From Candidatus Bathyarchaeum tardum (GTDB lineage: Archaea > Thermoproteota > Bathyarchaeia > Bathyarchaeales > Bathyarchaeaceae), in contig CP122380.1 in NCBI GenBank assembly GCA_024650005.2, forward strand, positions 1,056,001 to 1,120,000: DNA of 64,000 nucleotides. The letters run 5' to 3'. Made by a program: the position numbers and the translations under genes. The notes under the pieces were generated by a model. The model worked only from the letters and a program-made list of their open reading frames with translations. It had not been told where the DNA came from and did no database searches. This document shows, in pieces, positions 36,730 to 47,003 of this stretch. Numbering within the stretch: the stretch's first letter is position 1; each line of letters opens with the position of its first letter.

Positions 36730-38229
36730 TTATTTTTCTTTTGAATTTCTTAGAATTTTTATGTCTTCTTGAGTGAGGTATCCAGAATAATATACCATAA
36801 CTCCATAAATTGCAACACTTACTGCTGTTCCCGCAATAAGAAACAACAAGTTATTTTTTGGGAAAAGTAAAAGAATTGCTGCCATAATAATTGCTGCCAT
36901 TACTACTTTTGGGATTCCTGAATAAACATCAACTTTCAGGTTTCGGTGAATAAAATAAGGAATTAAAACCAATGCTGTTACTCCTGTACATGTCAAAGAA
37001 ATTGCTGCACCGTTTAGACCAAATATTGGCACAAAAACAAACAGTAAAACAAGATATTGCGTAGCTGCAACTGCAAGTAATGTTCCAGATAGTTTGGGTT
37101 TTCCAATACCAATTAGTATTGACGTCAATGTTTTTCCAAACATAAGAAGGAATGTTCCAACAATTAGAATCTGCAGTGGAACAACGGCACCTTGGACTTC
37201 AATACCGTATAGTCCTACAACAATCGGTTCAGCTAACGCAAAAATTATTACAGTTAATGGCAATCCCAATAGTAATGGATATTTTATTGAAATTTTTACG
37301 TATTTTTCCAGTAACACATTATCTTTTCTTGTCCATGCTTCAGACACTGAAGAAATTATGGGCAATGCGAATGCAGTCATCATGAACATAATACTGGATA
37401 TTGTGTCTGCAACACTGTAAATTCCTACATCCGTAATATCAAAAAACAGATTAAGTAACGGTATGTCCAGACTTTTCATTACCATAAAGGATATTTTACC
37501 AATAGATATCGAAAAACCAAAAACTAGTGTCTTTTTAAAATCTTTTACATCTTGAAATATTGAATCCTTGATTTTCCTGTTTTTAAAGTATTCAACATTA
37601 TACATGAACAAATTCTTCAGGTATGGTCTCAAAAAAAACATGCAGACAATTAACTGGGAAATGGGATTGAAAATTACTAGAATCGGCAATAATTCCTGGG
37701 GCATATTCAATAGAGTAAATATTATGCCAATTATCGAAACAGCGTAAAACCCAAAAGACTGGGTTATGGAAAGTTGCTTGCTATTATGTAATGACCCACT
37801 TATGGCTGCAAGGGCGTCTTTTGTTCCAGAGAACAGAAACGCGACACCCAATGAAAGAACTATTGTACGGTAGATTACATCTGATATTTGAAATGACAAA
37901 AATGTCAATAAAATAAAAATTATTACACTTATTGAAGTTAAGTATCTGACGTGCTTTGCAAAGTATTGTGAAATGTTTTCTTTGTTTTGTGTTAAATGGC
38001 ATGTACCAAAATGGATTAGACCCTCAAACAGTCCACCAAAAATTAGTGCCCACATGAAATCAAACATTGAATATGCTGTATTGAATAATCCAAATCCCGC
38101 GGGACCATAGTAGTTTGTGATTTGAATTCCCAAAAAAAACCAAAAAACTCCACTGAGAATCATGAGGCCTAAGAACCAAGCTCCACCTGAAATCAGTCTT
38201 TTTGGTCCTGAGTCACTCAAATCTTCCAT
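36730..38229 (-). CDS. Oligosaccharide flippase (Wzx/MATE-like)
   Basis: About 14 TM helices; YGPAGFG, DIPLL..DVGIYSVA, FGLNGAAI. Confidence 0.85.
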   Translation of the reverse strand: MEDLSDSGPKRLISGGAWFLGLMILSGVFWFFLGIQITNYYGPAGFGLFNTAYSMFDFMWALIFGGLFEGLIHFGTCHLTQNKENISQYFAKHVRYLTSISVIIFILLTFLSFQISDVIYRTIVLSLGVAFLFSGTKDALAAISGSLHNSKQLSITQSFGFYAVSIIGIIFTLLNMPQELLPILVIFNPISQLIVCMFFLRPYLKNLFMYNVEYFKNRKIKDSIFQDVKDFKKTLVFGFSISIGKISFMVMKSLDIPLLNLFFDITDVGIYSVADTISSIMFMMTAFALPIISSVSEAWTRKDNVLLEKYVKISIKYPLLLGLPLTVIIFALAEPIVVGLYGIEVQGAVVPLQILIVGTFLLMFGKTLTSILIGIGKPKLSGTLLAVAATQYLVLLFVFVPIFGLNGAAISLTCTGVTALVLIPYFIHRNLKVDVYSGIPKVVMAAIIMAAILLLFPKNNLLFLIAGTAVSVAIYGVMVYYSGYLTQEDIKILRNSKEK

Positions 38230-38371
38230 CCATTAACTTCTCCATTTGATTAATTTTTTTGCAGGGAATTTACGACCAAACTTTGAATCCTTATGTTTTA
38301 CTCTGATATAAATTGAGCCACAAAAAACGATTTTCAAAATATTTACGAAAGTAATAATAAAATTGTTGATA

Positions 38372-39322
38372 TCATGGTTTGTAACCATTCAAGTTATTTA
38401 GCGCCAATACGGCCTCGATTATGTCTGCAGTTGTTCCCGGACTCAAATCATTTTTTGGATCTCTGAGATTTTTATCAAAATCTAAAAGAAGTTTCTTCCC
38501 GGTTTCGGTTTTTAATCCACCTTTACTTAATACGTTTGCAGCTTGAACTGAAATTTTTTTAGCTTTCTTTTGACCAACTTTTCGGCAAATAAAAGTATCG
38601 GGTACTTGTGCAAGAACCTTCAAAAAAGCATGAACTGTAGCTGTGTTCAAGTTTTTAGTCTCTTTGAGCTCTTTAACTAAATGTGGGTAACCTAAATCAA
38701 AAGTGATAGGATAATTGTTTACCCATTCGTACGCTATTGAATCATATGCTGATGCAATTTTAAATGTGTCAAACAACGTAATTTTATCCTCTAAAATTTT
38801 CTTTTTAGAATCAGGGTTTTGAACATCCAATTCTTTAGAATTATTCAACCCCCCTGGGTTAACAAGAGCTATTGCATCATAAACTTGAATCGCATCTTCA
38901 GAAGCAGTTGCTTCAACAACTAACTTAATATTTTTTCGAAGTTTAGTCAACGAAAACGCCTCATTTATCATGCCCGCAGCTGCTGCTATAGGCGCCAGAA
39001 TGATAATTGCACCCAATAAAGTATTACCCCCATTTTGACTAGATAACATCCGGTTAACCGCATCCTTAATTACAAAACCAATGCCAATTTCGGAGCAATC
39101 AATTTCATTGTTCAAAACTTTAATCCCTTGTTCTGCTGCTTTCCTGAAAGATGGGGCTATTGCAACTGCAGATGCTAGATAGTGTTCAAATGTGGTTTCC
39201 GAAAAATCTGCTGTTCTGTGGATGTTTCCAGGTTTTGGATAACCACTTACTTCAAATAAAATGGCGAGTTCTATACAACGAGAAATATAATCAGATTTTT
39301 CTATTATTGGATCTGCGTTCAT
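38372..39322 (-). CDS. citG: Triphosphoribosyl-dephospho-CoA synthase family (CitG-like)
   Basis: EVSGYPKPGNIHR, NTLLG, PDTFICRK, SPGTTADI. Confidence 0.88.
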   Translation of the reverse strand: MNADPIIEKSDYISRCIELAILFEVSGYPKPGNIHRTADFSETTFEHYLASAVAIAPSFRKAAEQGIKVLNNEIDCSEIGIGFVIKDAVNRMLSSQNGGNTLLGAIIILAPIAAAAGMINEAFSLTKLRKNIKLVVEATASEDAIQVYDAIALVNPGGLNNSKELDVQNPDSKKKILEDKITLFDTFKIASAYDSIAYEWVNNYPITFDLGYPHLVKELKETKNLNTATVHAFLKVLAQVPDTFICRKVGQKKAKKISVQAANVLSKGGLKTETGKKLLLDFDKNLRDPKNDLSPGTTADIIEAVLALNNLNGYKP

Positions 39323-39557
39323 GGGATAAAACCTTGAATCTGCAATATCTCGCCAATGGGTAAAATCTAGCTTAAATTAGTTTTTAAATTAATTTTATAA
39401 CTCTTTGTTTGCTCTAATCAATCCAGTTTTTTCAAGTTATATTTTTGTATTGCCCCCCGTTGGAATGCTTAATCCCGTATTTACTGCTATTATTACCATA
39501 AATCTTATCATCTTGAAAAAGGTGATTAATCTAAGATATATCTGGCAGACGGTATCT

Positions 39558-40091
39558 ATGGTTGATTCTGGATGTTCAAAAAAAAATAAATTCAATTTTT
39601 CATTTGGTTTTAGGAGTTCATATAAAATAATCCTTTTAGTGCTCGTCGTTGCAGTACTTTCAATCATTGGATCGAGTTTAGTTTCAATATTGATGTCGAA
39701 TTCTACTACTGATATTTACATTCCTAGTGTTGGAAACATAAAAACTCTTGAAGTTGAAGCATACACAGATTCAGCCTACGCCAACAAAATTGATCAAATT
39801 AGTTGGGACACTTTGGAGCCTGGGAAAACAGTTAACACAACTATATACATTAAAAGTGTCAGTAACGTTGAAATTACTTTGGATATTCATTTAACCGACT
39901 GGGTACCTAGTAATCTATCAAAGTACATAACAATTTCTTGGGATTATGATGGGTCATCTTTGAATCCCCGTGAAGGTATTCCAGTTACTCTCATGTTATC
40001 TGCTTCCTCTTCAGACGATTTTATTTATTACCTAGTAGAAAATGAAGTTCAGAACTTCAATGTTGATGTTCATTTTGTTGGTTCTGCCTAG
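39558..40091 (+). CDS. Exported/membrane-anchored beta-sandwich protein
   Basis: N-terminal TM helix followed by a beta-rich domain (ISWDTLEPG, TIYIKS, ISWDYDG, VTLMLS). Confidence 0.65.
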   Translation: MVDSGCSKKNKFNFSFGFRSSYKIILLVLVVAVLSIIGSSLVSILMSNSTTDIYIPSVGNIKTLEVEAYTDSAYANKIDQISWDTLEPGKTVNTTIYIKSVSNVEITLDIHLTDWVPSNLSKYITISWDYDGSSLNPREGIPVTLMLSASSSDDFIYYLVENEVQNFNVDVHFVGSA

Positions 40092-40282
40092 AACTAAACT
40101 TTAATTTTTGTTCTCTTCATTTTCCTTTTAGTTAATTTAAGCTGGCACAAATCGTTAACTGATTTTTCTTGTATGTAGGAATTTATGAACTATTTTTCCG
40201 TAATATTTCTATTTTTTGAATATTTTTGCTGTTGAAGTAATTGGTATATATTTTCTTGACGCTGAAACAAACGTGGGTAACA

Positions 40283-40408
40283 ATGACATCCAAGCGACTT
40301 TCAAACAAAGAATTTCAAGAATTCCTTCATGCCTTGTTTTCTGATGACAAACTAAAGATAAAATACAATCAACCTGATGCGTGGCGAAAACCCCCAATCA
40401 AAAAGTAA
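40283..40408 (+). CDS. Putative 41-aa small protein (absent from ORF track)
   Basis: MTSKRLSNKEFQEFLHALFSDDKLKIKYNQPDAWRKPPIKK; TATATAT box about 35 nt upstream; T-rich terminator downstream. Confidence 0.45.
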   Translation: MTSKRLSNKEFQEFLHALFSDDKLKIKYNQPDAWRKPPIKK

Positions 40409-40656
40409 AGAATATTTTTGTTTGTTTGTTTTTTTAAAAAAAAATGTTTTTTGCGTAGTTACTCCGATCTATAAATAAAATATATCTTACATTTGTTCAT
40501 AATGAGTGGGAGGTTTAATGCCCGATTTTGTTTTAATTAGTATAATTGGTTTTAAACCCAATACCTGAATGTGAGGACAACCTTTTTTGTTGTTTTGGTC
40601 TAGCAAACAATAATCTGCAGTTTTGCTTTCATCCATTTGTCTAGATCTTACTCAGT

Positions 40657-41175
40657 TTACCATTTTTCGTAATGAACTAGTTCATCAATATTTTTTCGGT
40701 TTGTAACTGGACCTTTTTTTTCTGCAGGATACCCCAAGGGAGTCATGGCAACAATACGAATGGGCTTTTTAACTCCCAAAACTGTTTTAGCTTTTTTCTC
40801 ATCAAATGCGCATATCCAGCATGTTCCTAAGCCTTCTGCGTGGGCAATCAAGGATATATTTTGCATAATTAAACCGGCATCTACTTTCCAGAATTCTTCT
40901 TTATCTTTTCTTATCCAAGCTTCTTTAGGATTCACACAAACTACAATCATTGCCGGAGCAGACCATTCTTGATATGCAGCTGAACTAAGTTCTTGTATCG
41001 TCTTTTTTTCCGTTACTACAACAAATCCATAAGGCTGACGGTTCGCCGCCGACGGTGCAAAACAAGCAACTTCCAAGACTTTCAAGATTTTTTCATTTTC
41101 TACTGCATCTTCTTTATATTTTCGAATGCTTCGTCTATTTTTTATTGCTTCAAAAAGTTCCAAACAAAACCCCAA
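40657..41175 (-). CDS. Nitroreductase family protein
   Basis: RRSIRKY, APSAANRQP, EGLGTCWI, LGYP. Confidence 0.93.
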   Translation of the reverse strand: MGFCLELFEAIKNRRSIRKYKEDAVENEKILKVLEVACFAPSAANRQPYGFVVVTEKKTIQELSSAAYQEWSAPAMIVVCVNPKEAWIRKDKEEFWKVDAGLIMQNISLIAHAEGLGTCWICAFDEKKAKTVLGVKKPIRIVAMTPLGYPAEKKGPVTNRKNIDELVHYEKW

Positions 41176-41225
41176 CTAAAATATAGGTGTTTGGAAAATA
41201 AAAACCTGTCTAACATACTATTTTT

Positions 41226-42416
41226 TTATTTCATGAATTTGTCAAAACGGTTAAAGCTTTCTTCAAGGATTCCTAGTGGCGGCAAGAAGACTCCTCTAAA
41301 ATGTCCTGAGCCATATTTTGATCCAAAACCTGACCCGTGAACAAAAACTATTCCTGTTTCATCTATCAGGTCACGGACAAATGCCATATCGTTTGGCCAT
41401 TGAGAACCAATTCCTTCTACTTTTGGGAAGAAATAGAACGCTCCGTTAGGTTTCGCACAGTTGATTCCCTCAATTTCGTTGAGACGCTTGTAAGAATAGT
41501 CCCGCCTTTCTTCTAGCTTTTTCACCATGTCAACTATATGCTCTTGAGGTCCGCGCAATGCCGCAACCGCTGCTTTTTGAACTGGAGTGTTAGCTGAAAG
41601 TCTTATTCTTGCCTCTTTTAAAATGTATTCTCGTAAATCTGATAACTCTTGTTCATTTTGTCCCGTAAAATACATATAACCAAGACGCCAACCAGTCATC
41701 AAATAAACTTTTGAGAAGCCATTAAGACCAATTACTGTAACATCTTTTGCAACGTTTGCAGTGCTGACTATTTCTCCATATGCAAGCTGGTCATAAATTT
41801 CGTCAGAAATGATGGGTATGCCATGTTCACCTGCTAAATCAACCATTTTTTTAACTGTTTTGCGATCATATAAGGCACCACATGGATTGTTAGGATTAAT
41901 GATAACAATACCCCGTGTTTTGTCAGTTATCTTTGCCCTTACATCATCCAAGTCTGGTTGCCAGCCATCTTCTTCATTTGTCCTATATTGGATTCCTTTT
42001 CCACCAAAAAACTCAGTATAAGAAATATACGGTGGATATGCTGGACCCGGAACTAAGATTTCATCTCCTGAATCTACTAATGCTCCAAGAACCATTTGAA
42101 TAGCTTCAGAAACTCCGTTCGAAACTAAGACATTCTCTGGCAATATGTCAAATTTTCCCACTCTTTTTTCTTTTTCACATATTGCATCTAAGAGTTCAGG
42201 GATTCCTTCAGAAGGAGAATACGAGTTTTTTTCATCTTTAACTGCTTGAATCAATGCTTCTTTAATATGTTCAGGAGTTCTAAAGTCAAACTGCAGGGGA
42301 TCTCCGATGTTAAGGTAGATTATCTTTTTTCCATTCTTTTCAAGATACTTAGCATGACCAACAACATCGCGAATTGCGTACTCAAGATTTTGAACCCGCT
42401 CAGTAATATTCACCAA
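41226..42416 (-). CDS. PLP-dependent aminotransferase class I/II (alanine aminotransferase-like)
   Basis: YAIRD, LNIGDP, NPNNPCG, SDEIY, NGFSKVYLMTGWRLG; likely TTG/GTG start near 42416. Confidence 0.9.
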   Translation of the reverse strand: MVNITERVQNLEYAIRDVVGHAKYLEKNGKKIIYLNIGDPLQFDFRTPEHIKEALIQAVKDEKNSYSPSEGIPELLDAICEKEKRVGKFDILPENVLVSNGVSEAIQMVLGALVDSGDEILVPGPAYPPYISYTEFFGGKGIQYRTNEEDGWQPDLDDVRAKITDKTRGIVIINPNNPCGALYDRKTVKKMVDLAGEHGIPIISDEIYDQLAYGEIVSTANVAKDVTVIGLNGFSKVYLMTGWRLGYMYFTGQNEQELSDLREYILKEARIRLSANTPVQKAAVAALRGPQEHIVDMVKKLEERRDYSYKRLNEIEGINCAKPNGAFYFFPKVEGIGSQWPNDMAFVRDLIDETGIVFVHGSGFGSKYGSGHFRGVFLPPLGILEESFNRFDKFMK

Positions 42417-42517
42417 TATGACCACATCACGATTAATATTCTGCAATAAAACATTTTCACTTTTGTTTCCAAAAACGAGCGTTCTTGCAACAAAAGTAAA
42501 CAAGTTTTCTCTGGTTT

Positions 42518-43786
42518 TTATACTGTGAAAGCGTCTCCAGTTTTAGGTGCTACCGCTTCTAATCCAACTTCAGTTTTTATCCAATCAGCAAACATTTCAC
42601 AAATTTCGGGTTCCCCATGAACAACATATACTTTTGGATTTCCTTTAAGGTCTTTAACTGCACCTTTTAGCTCGTTAGCTCCACTGTGGGACGAAAAATC
42701 AAAACGTTTCACTTGTGCTTTAACATTTTGAACTTTATCGTCGATGATGCATTTTCCTTCATCAAGTAATTGTCGCCCAGGAGTACCTGGAATTTGATAA
42801 CCAACAAGAAATACGCCATTCTTGCTCTTTTTTCCAACTTTTTGTATGTAAAACGCTGCTGGTCCCCCTTTAAGCATGCCTGCAGGAGATATGATTACTC
42901 CTGGTTTGCTTGCAATCCTTCGGCGATCTTTCCATCCATCGACCCATATTGCATCCTGAAGGGCTTTTGTGAACAATTTCGGATCCCGCATATAGGAAGC
43001 ATGATTCATCATAATTCGGTTTGCTTCACGTGCCATACCATCCATGGCAACTGGATATTCAAAGTGATTTGCTGCTAAAACACACGCAATTTCTTGTGAA
43101 CGCCCCACACTAAAGGCTGGAACTAATGCTGTTCCTCCTTTTTCTACAACCCCATTAACATGGTCCATGAATTCTTTTTCAATTTCTTTTCTTTCGGGAT
43201 GAACTTCATTAGCATATGTGCTTTCAATAATTATTGCATCAAGTTCCCCATAGTCACGGTCAGCACCCGGAAGAAGTTGAGTATCTGTAGAATTGTAATC
43301 TCCAGTGTAAACCATTCTTTTTCCATCGGCTTCTACTAGTACTTGGGCGCCTCCAGGCAAATGGCCTGAATTAAGGAGTTGAAATTTCATGTCCCCAATG
43401 TTTTTTTCTTTCCGGAAATCAAGATGCTTACAGTTTCTCATCATTGTGTCAAGCTCAAGGAACTCAAAAGACAGATAATAACCTGACAAACGGATAAAAT
43501 CTGAGATTAGGGGTTTGGCTAGGTCAAATGTTAATTGTGTTCCATAAACTGTTTTTTTGTCTTGAATATGAAAGTGTGGAATACCACCTGAGTGGTCAAG
43601 GTGACTATGAGTTAAAACTAGTGCGTCTACATCTTTTGGTGGAATATGCATGGGAAATCCGGGTTCTTCACCGAACATGACTCCATAGTCAAGGAGCAGT
43701 TGGTTTTGTTCTGATTTTACTGCAATACCTGCTCTGCCTACTTCTCTTGCACTTCCGAGAAACTTAAGTTCCATTATCTTTTTCAT
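42518..43786 (-). CDS. MBL-fold beta-CASP ribonuclease (aCPSF2-like)
   Basis: GSAREVGR, THSHLDH, GHLPG, YTGD, ESTY, FSVGRSQE, FSSH, VHGE; no KH domains. Confidence 0.9.
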   Translation of the reverse strand: MKKIMELKFLGSAREVGRAGIAVKSEQNQLLLDYGVMFGEEPGFPMHIPPKDVDALVLTHSHLDHSGGIPHFHIQDKKTVYGTQLTFDLAKPLISDFIRLSGYYLSFEFLELDTMMRNCKHLDFRKEKNIGDMKFQLLNSGHLPGGAQVLVEADGKRMVYTGDYNSTDTQLLPGADRDYGELDAIIIESTYANEVHPERKEIEKEFMDHVNGVVEKGGTALVPAFSVGRSQEIACVLAANHFEYPVAMDGMAREANRIMMNHASYMRDPKLFTKALQDAIWVDGWKDRRRIASKPGVIISPAGMLKGGPAAFYIQKVGKKSKNGVFLVGYQIPGTPGRQLLDEGKCIIDDKVQNVKAQVKRFDFSSHSGANELKGAVKDLKGNPKVYVVHGEPEICEMFADWIKTEVGLEAVAPKTGDAFTV

Positions 43787-43932
43787 CCTCGTTATTTAAT
43801 ATTAATAAATGTGATATTTACTGTTTTAATTGCACGCTATCATTTAAATGGTAAGCTTTTTTTCAATGCAGTTTATATAAGCACTTGTTTTCTCTTTAAT
43901 ACAAAAGTTCCATCACAATAAATTGATAGCGA

Positions 43933-45546
43933 TCACTCTTTTAATATCTCTACAATGTGTTCCAGAGTATTTTCATTCCATGGCTCTTTTTCTTGTGTTG
44001 CCCTAAACTGAATTTGTTTGTTTTTACAAGCACGTTTACATGCTGACAAAACCTTTCCTTTCCAAACTTTTGGTTCCCGTAGAAGGATTACTTTTATGTA
44101 ATTTGTGGCTGCTATGTATTTTTCAACTTGTTGGGCAACATATGTAATTGTTTCATTATCGAAAGGATAAGCGATAACATTTTGTGATACAGGATGCACA
44201 TCATCAAGTTCATTGGGTACCAGACCAAAGGGAGCTGCATAACTGCAGACATGAACTAAATCAAGTTTATCAGGGATTTTTTCTTGTATTTTCTTTAATA
44301 ATGTTTCATGCTCCCCTGAAGTGTGAAATGGTTTTTTCATCGTTTGTGGCAACAACAACAAAACTTTAACTTTTTGTGGTGGAGAGTACCTGCTCCTAAG
44401 CCTTTGTTGATAGCGAACAACTTCTGGACGGGCTAAACTCAATGAACTATACAAAAACACACCACCTTTTTTGTTGACTGGACTGTGTTTCTCTATGTAT
44501 TTTCTGTATATTTTGACCTTTTTTAATGCTTGAAGCAGTGATGGGTGACCATATGCTCGCATTTCCATGTGTTCCCAGAGTCTTCCATCTGTGACTGCTT
44601 GTTTTATTCGCTGTAACTCGCCAAAACTAACATGAAGATTATGCTCTGCAAGCAACCTATGTCTTTCATCATTTGGTAGTGCTCTAACTGTTTGGGGGTC
44701 AGTTTTGGTGCAAACTGGACAAGAACATGGAAAATACTCAAGCTCACTTAATCTTGCTGTTCCTGAATCTGTTAAGTACCGATCTTTTCGGGCAAACAAT
44801 GCATATGCTGCAGAATCAAATAAGTCACAACCCAGAGCTACTGCCAAAGCAAACATAAACGGGTGACCTGCACCAAACAAGTGAAGAGGACGGTCGGGTG
44901 GAAGATTCATCTTTGCAGTTGCAATCATGTCTACCAGAACATCAAACTTGTATTGCTCCATTACTGGAGTTGGACTGCCTAGAGCATGAACCTGAAACGG
45001 CAGTTTTCCCATGGCTTTTGCAGATTTTGCCACAAGGTCAAGGTATTGTCCGCCCTGAACTGGACCTACCCATGCCAATTCCTCTCGTGATTTCATTTTT
45101 TTGAGAGCTTTTGCCCGTTTGATTGTCTCTTGCACTGTATATTTTGCATACTCTTTTGAAACCCCCCAACCTGTAGGAATATCAAGTATGGTGGCGATGT
45201 CAGTGTCAATTGCTTCTTGGAACTGAACGATCTCTTTTGGCGTAGTTTCAACTCCCTTGTAAATAAGAAGTTGATACGCACCAGAATCCGTCATGATTGA
45301 ACCATCAAAATCCAAAAATTCATGCAATCCTTTTTCAACTGCGATTTCTTTGAAGTTTTTGTTTATGATGTACGCGTTAGTTATGAGAGCTTCGCACCCA
45401 AATTCTTTCTGTAACTTTTTTGGTGGAATCGGCTGAATGCCTGGATTAATTACTGGAAACAGAAGTGGAGTCTCAATTTTTCCACTTTTGGTTTCAAACT
45501 TTCCTATCCGTCCTAACAAATCCTTATTAATTATTTCAAACGACAT
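43933..45546 (-). CDS. tgtA: Archaeosine tRNA-guanine(15) transglycosylase
   Basis: MTDSGAYQL, LDIPT, PVQGG, HLFGAGHP, DLFDSAAY, CSCPVC..HNL zinc site. Confidence 0.93.
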   Translation of the reverse strand: MSFEIINKDLLGRIGKFETKSGKIETPLLFPVINPGIQPIPPKKLQKEFGCEALITNAYIINKNFKEIAVEKGLHEFLDFDGSIMTDSGAYQLLIYKGVETTPKEIVQFQEAIDTDIATILDIPTGWGVSKEYAKYTVQETIKRAKALKKMKSREELAWVGPVQGGQYLDLVAKSAKAMGKLPFQVHALGSPTPVMEQYKFDVLVDMIATAKMNLPPDRPLHLFGAGHPFMFALAVALGCDLFDSAAYALFARKDRYLTDSGTARLSELEYFPCSCPVCTKTDPQTVRALPNDERHRLLAEHNLHVSFGELQRIKQAVTDGRLWEHMEMRAYGHPSLLQALKKVKIYRKYIEKHSPVNKKGGVFLYSSLSLARPEVVRYQQRLRSRYSPPQKVKVLLLLPQTMKKPFHTSGEHETLLKKIQEKIPDKLDLVHVCSYAAPFGLVPNELDDVHPVSQNVIAYPFDNETITYVAQQVEKYIAATNYIKVILLREPKVWKGKVLSACKRACKNKQIQFRATQEKEPWNENTLEHIVEILKE

Positions 45547-45701
45547 ACTGAAACCGCCAACCGGGCATTCTACCGTAGTGTCTCAGAGGGCTCATTTATT
45601 AACCTTAACTTAACAAAACCATCATCTGAAGTTGATCTTTTTACATTGCATTTATATTGAAAGTTGTCTTAGTTGTGCTGGTTTCCCCGAAGGTTAACAC
45701 G

Positions 45702-46454
45702 ATGGTCTGCAAAATACAGTTTTATGAAAAACCTGTCTTAAATAATCCTGTTTTAATCGAAGGATTGCCTGGAATCGGATTTGTTGCAAACGTTACTACA
45801 TTACATCTCATTAAACAGTTAAACGCAAAACTATTCGCGCAAGTACAATCTTCATCATTTCAAGACCTTGCCATGACCACCAGAAATGGAAAAACATACT
45901 TTCCAACAAACCAGTTTTATTATTACAAAGGCAAAGAGGGGGAACGTGACCTCATACTTTTGTACGGGAACACTCAGGCTCTAACTACTGTTGGGCAGTA
46001 TGAGCTGTGTGGAAAAATTTTGGACATATGTCAAGAATTTGGCTGCAAATATGTTTTAACTGTTGGAGGGCTAAAAAAAGACGAAGCTGTAGAAACACCT
46101 GACATATATTGTACAGCCTCAGACAAAGAAACCCTGCAAGAAGTCTTGGATTTAGGTGCAAAAATAATGAAGGGTCATATTTTCGGTGTGGCTGGCTTGC
46201 TTGTTGGTTTATGTAAATTGCGAAACTTTAAAGGACTTAGTTTGTTGGCTGAAACTCCTGGGTTGTATGCTGACGCAGTGGCTACACGTGAAGTTCTTAA
46301 AATGCTTAACACTCTTTTGAACCTGAAAGTAAATGTTGACGATTTAGATGCAGCTACCGAAGAAACTAGTGAAATTTTAGAATCTTTTGGAATTGTTTCG
46401 CCCTCTTCGATGGAAAAAAAGAATCGGGAAGCGGATTACCGCTGGTTTATTTAG
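45702..46454 (+). CDS. PAC2-family proteasome assembly chaperone
   Basis: LIEGLPGIGFVA, GNTQ, TVGG, GHIFGVAGLLVG, LLAETPG. Confidence 0.88.
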   Translation: MVCKIQFYEKPVLNNPVLIEGLPGIGFVANVTTLHLIKQLNAKLFAQVQSSSFQDLAMTTRNGKTYFPTNQFYYYKGKEGERDLILLYGNTQALTTVGQYELCGKILDICQEFGCKYVLTVGGLKKDEAVETPDIYCTASDKETLQEVLDLGAKIMKGHIFGVAGLLVGLCKLRNFKGLSLLAETPGLYADAVATREVLKMLNTLLNLKVNVDDLDAATEETSEILESFGIVSPSSMEKKNREADYRWFI

Positions 46455-46872
46455 ATGCAGAGTCTTTCGTAAACAAACTGTGGACTCTTTGCACTCGTTC
46501 GGCGATTGGACCTGAACCCTCTACTACACCCTTTTCGTTTACTTTGATTTTTTCCATGACCCAAATGAATCCTTGATCTTCGTAGAGTCTTACCATTGTT
46601 GGAAAAACTTTTTCGAGGCGTTCGGCTAGGGCCTTCAAGTCAAAGGGTTTTTCGATAGTAAATATTTGTGCTAATATATTGCCGTTCATAAAAATTTTGT
46701 GAGTTATTTTGCCTAGTTCGTCTTTAGCGTCTGACAGTGAAAGATTCAATGTGTCTGGGTCTATTCCTGATAATGTTCCAGTGTATTTTTTTCCGTCAAC
46801 TGTAATTACCATGACTATCTTATCGATTAGTGATCCAATTTCGCCAATGAAATTTCTTTTAGCTACTGACAT
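46447..46872 (-). CDS. Lsm/Sm protein with C-terminal domain (SmAP3-like)
   Basis: Sm1 DGKKYTGTLSGID..NLSLSDA plus Lsm_C-like FDLKALAERLEKVFP..GPIAERV. Confidence 0.88.
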   Translation of the reverse strand: MSVAKRNFIGEIGSLIDKIVMVITVDGKKYTGTLSGIDPDTLNLSLSDAKDELGKITHKIFMNGNILAQIFTIEKPFDLKALAERLEKVFPTMVRLYEDQGFIWVMEKIKVNEKGVVEGSGPIAERVQRVHSLFTKDSASK

Positions 46873-47003
46873 CGTAACACCTAGCCACTTAATATAAACA
46901 GACTAACTTATTTATTTCTACCATAAAGCCTTTTTAGTTATCAATCTTCAAGAAACCTTACTTGAACGAACAAATGTTTTTAATCTTTCACAAAACAAAA
47001 TGT

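Noticed and set aside
40508-40568. GGGAGGT followed by a 16-codon ORF
   Set aside because: SD spacing is too short and the peptide is uninformative.
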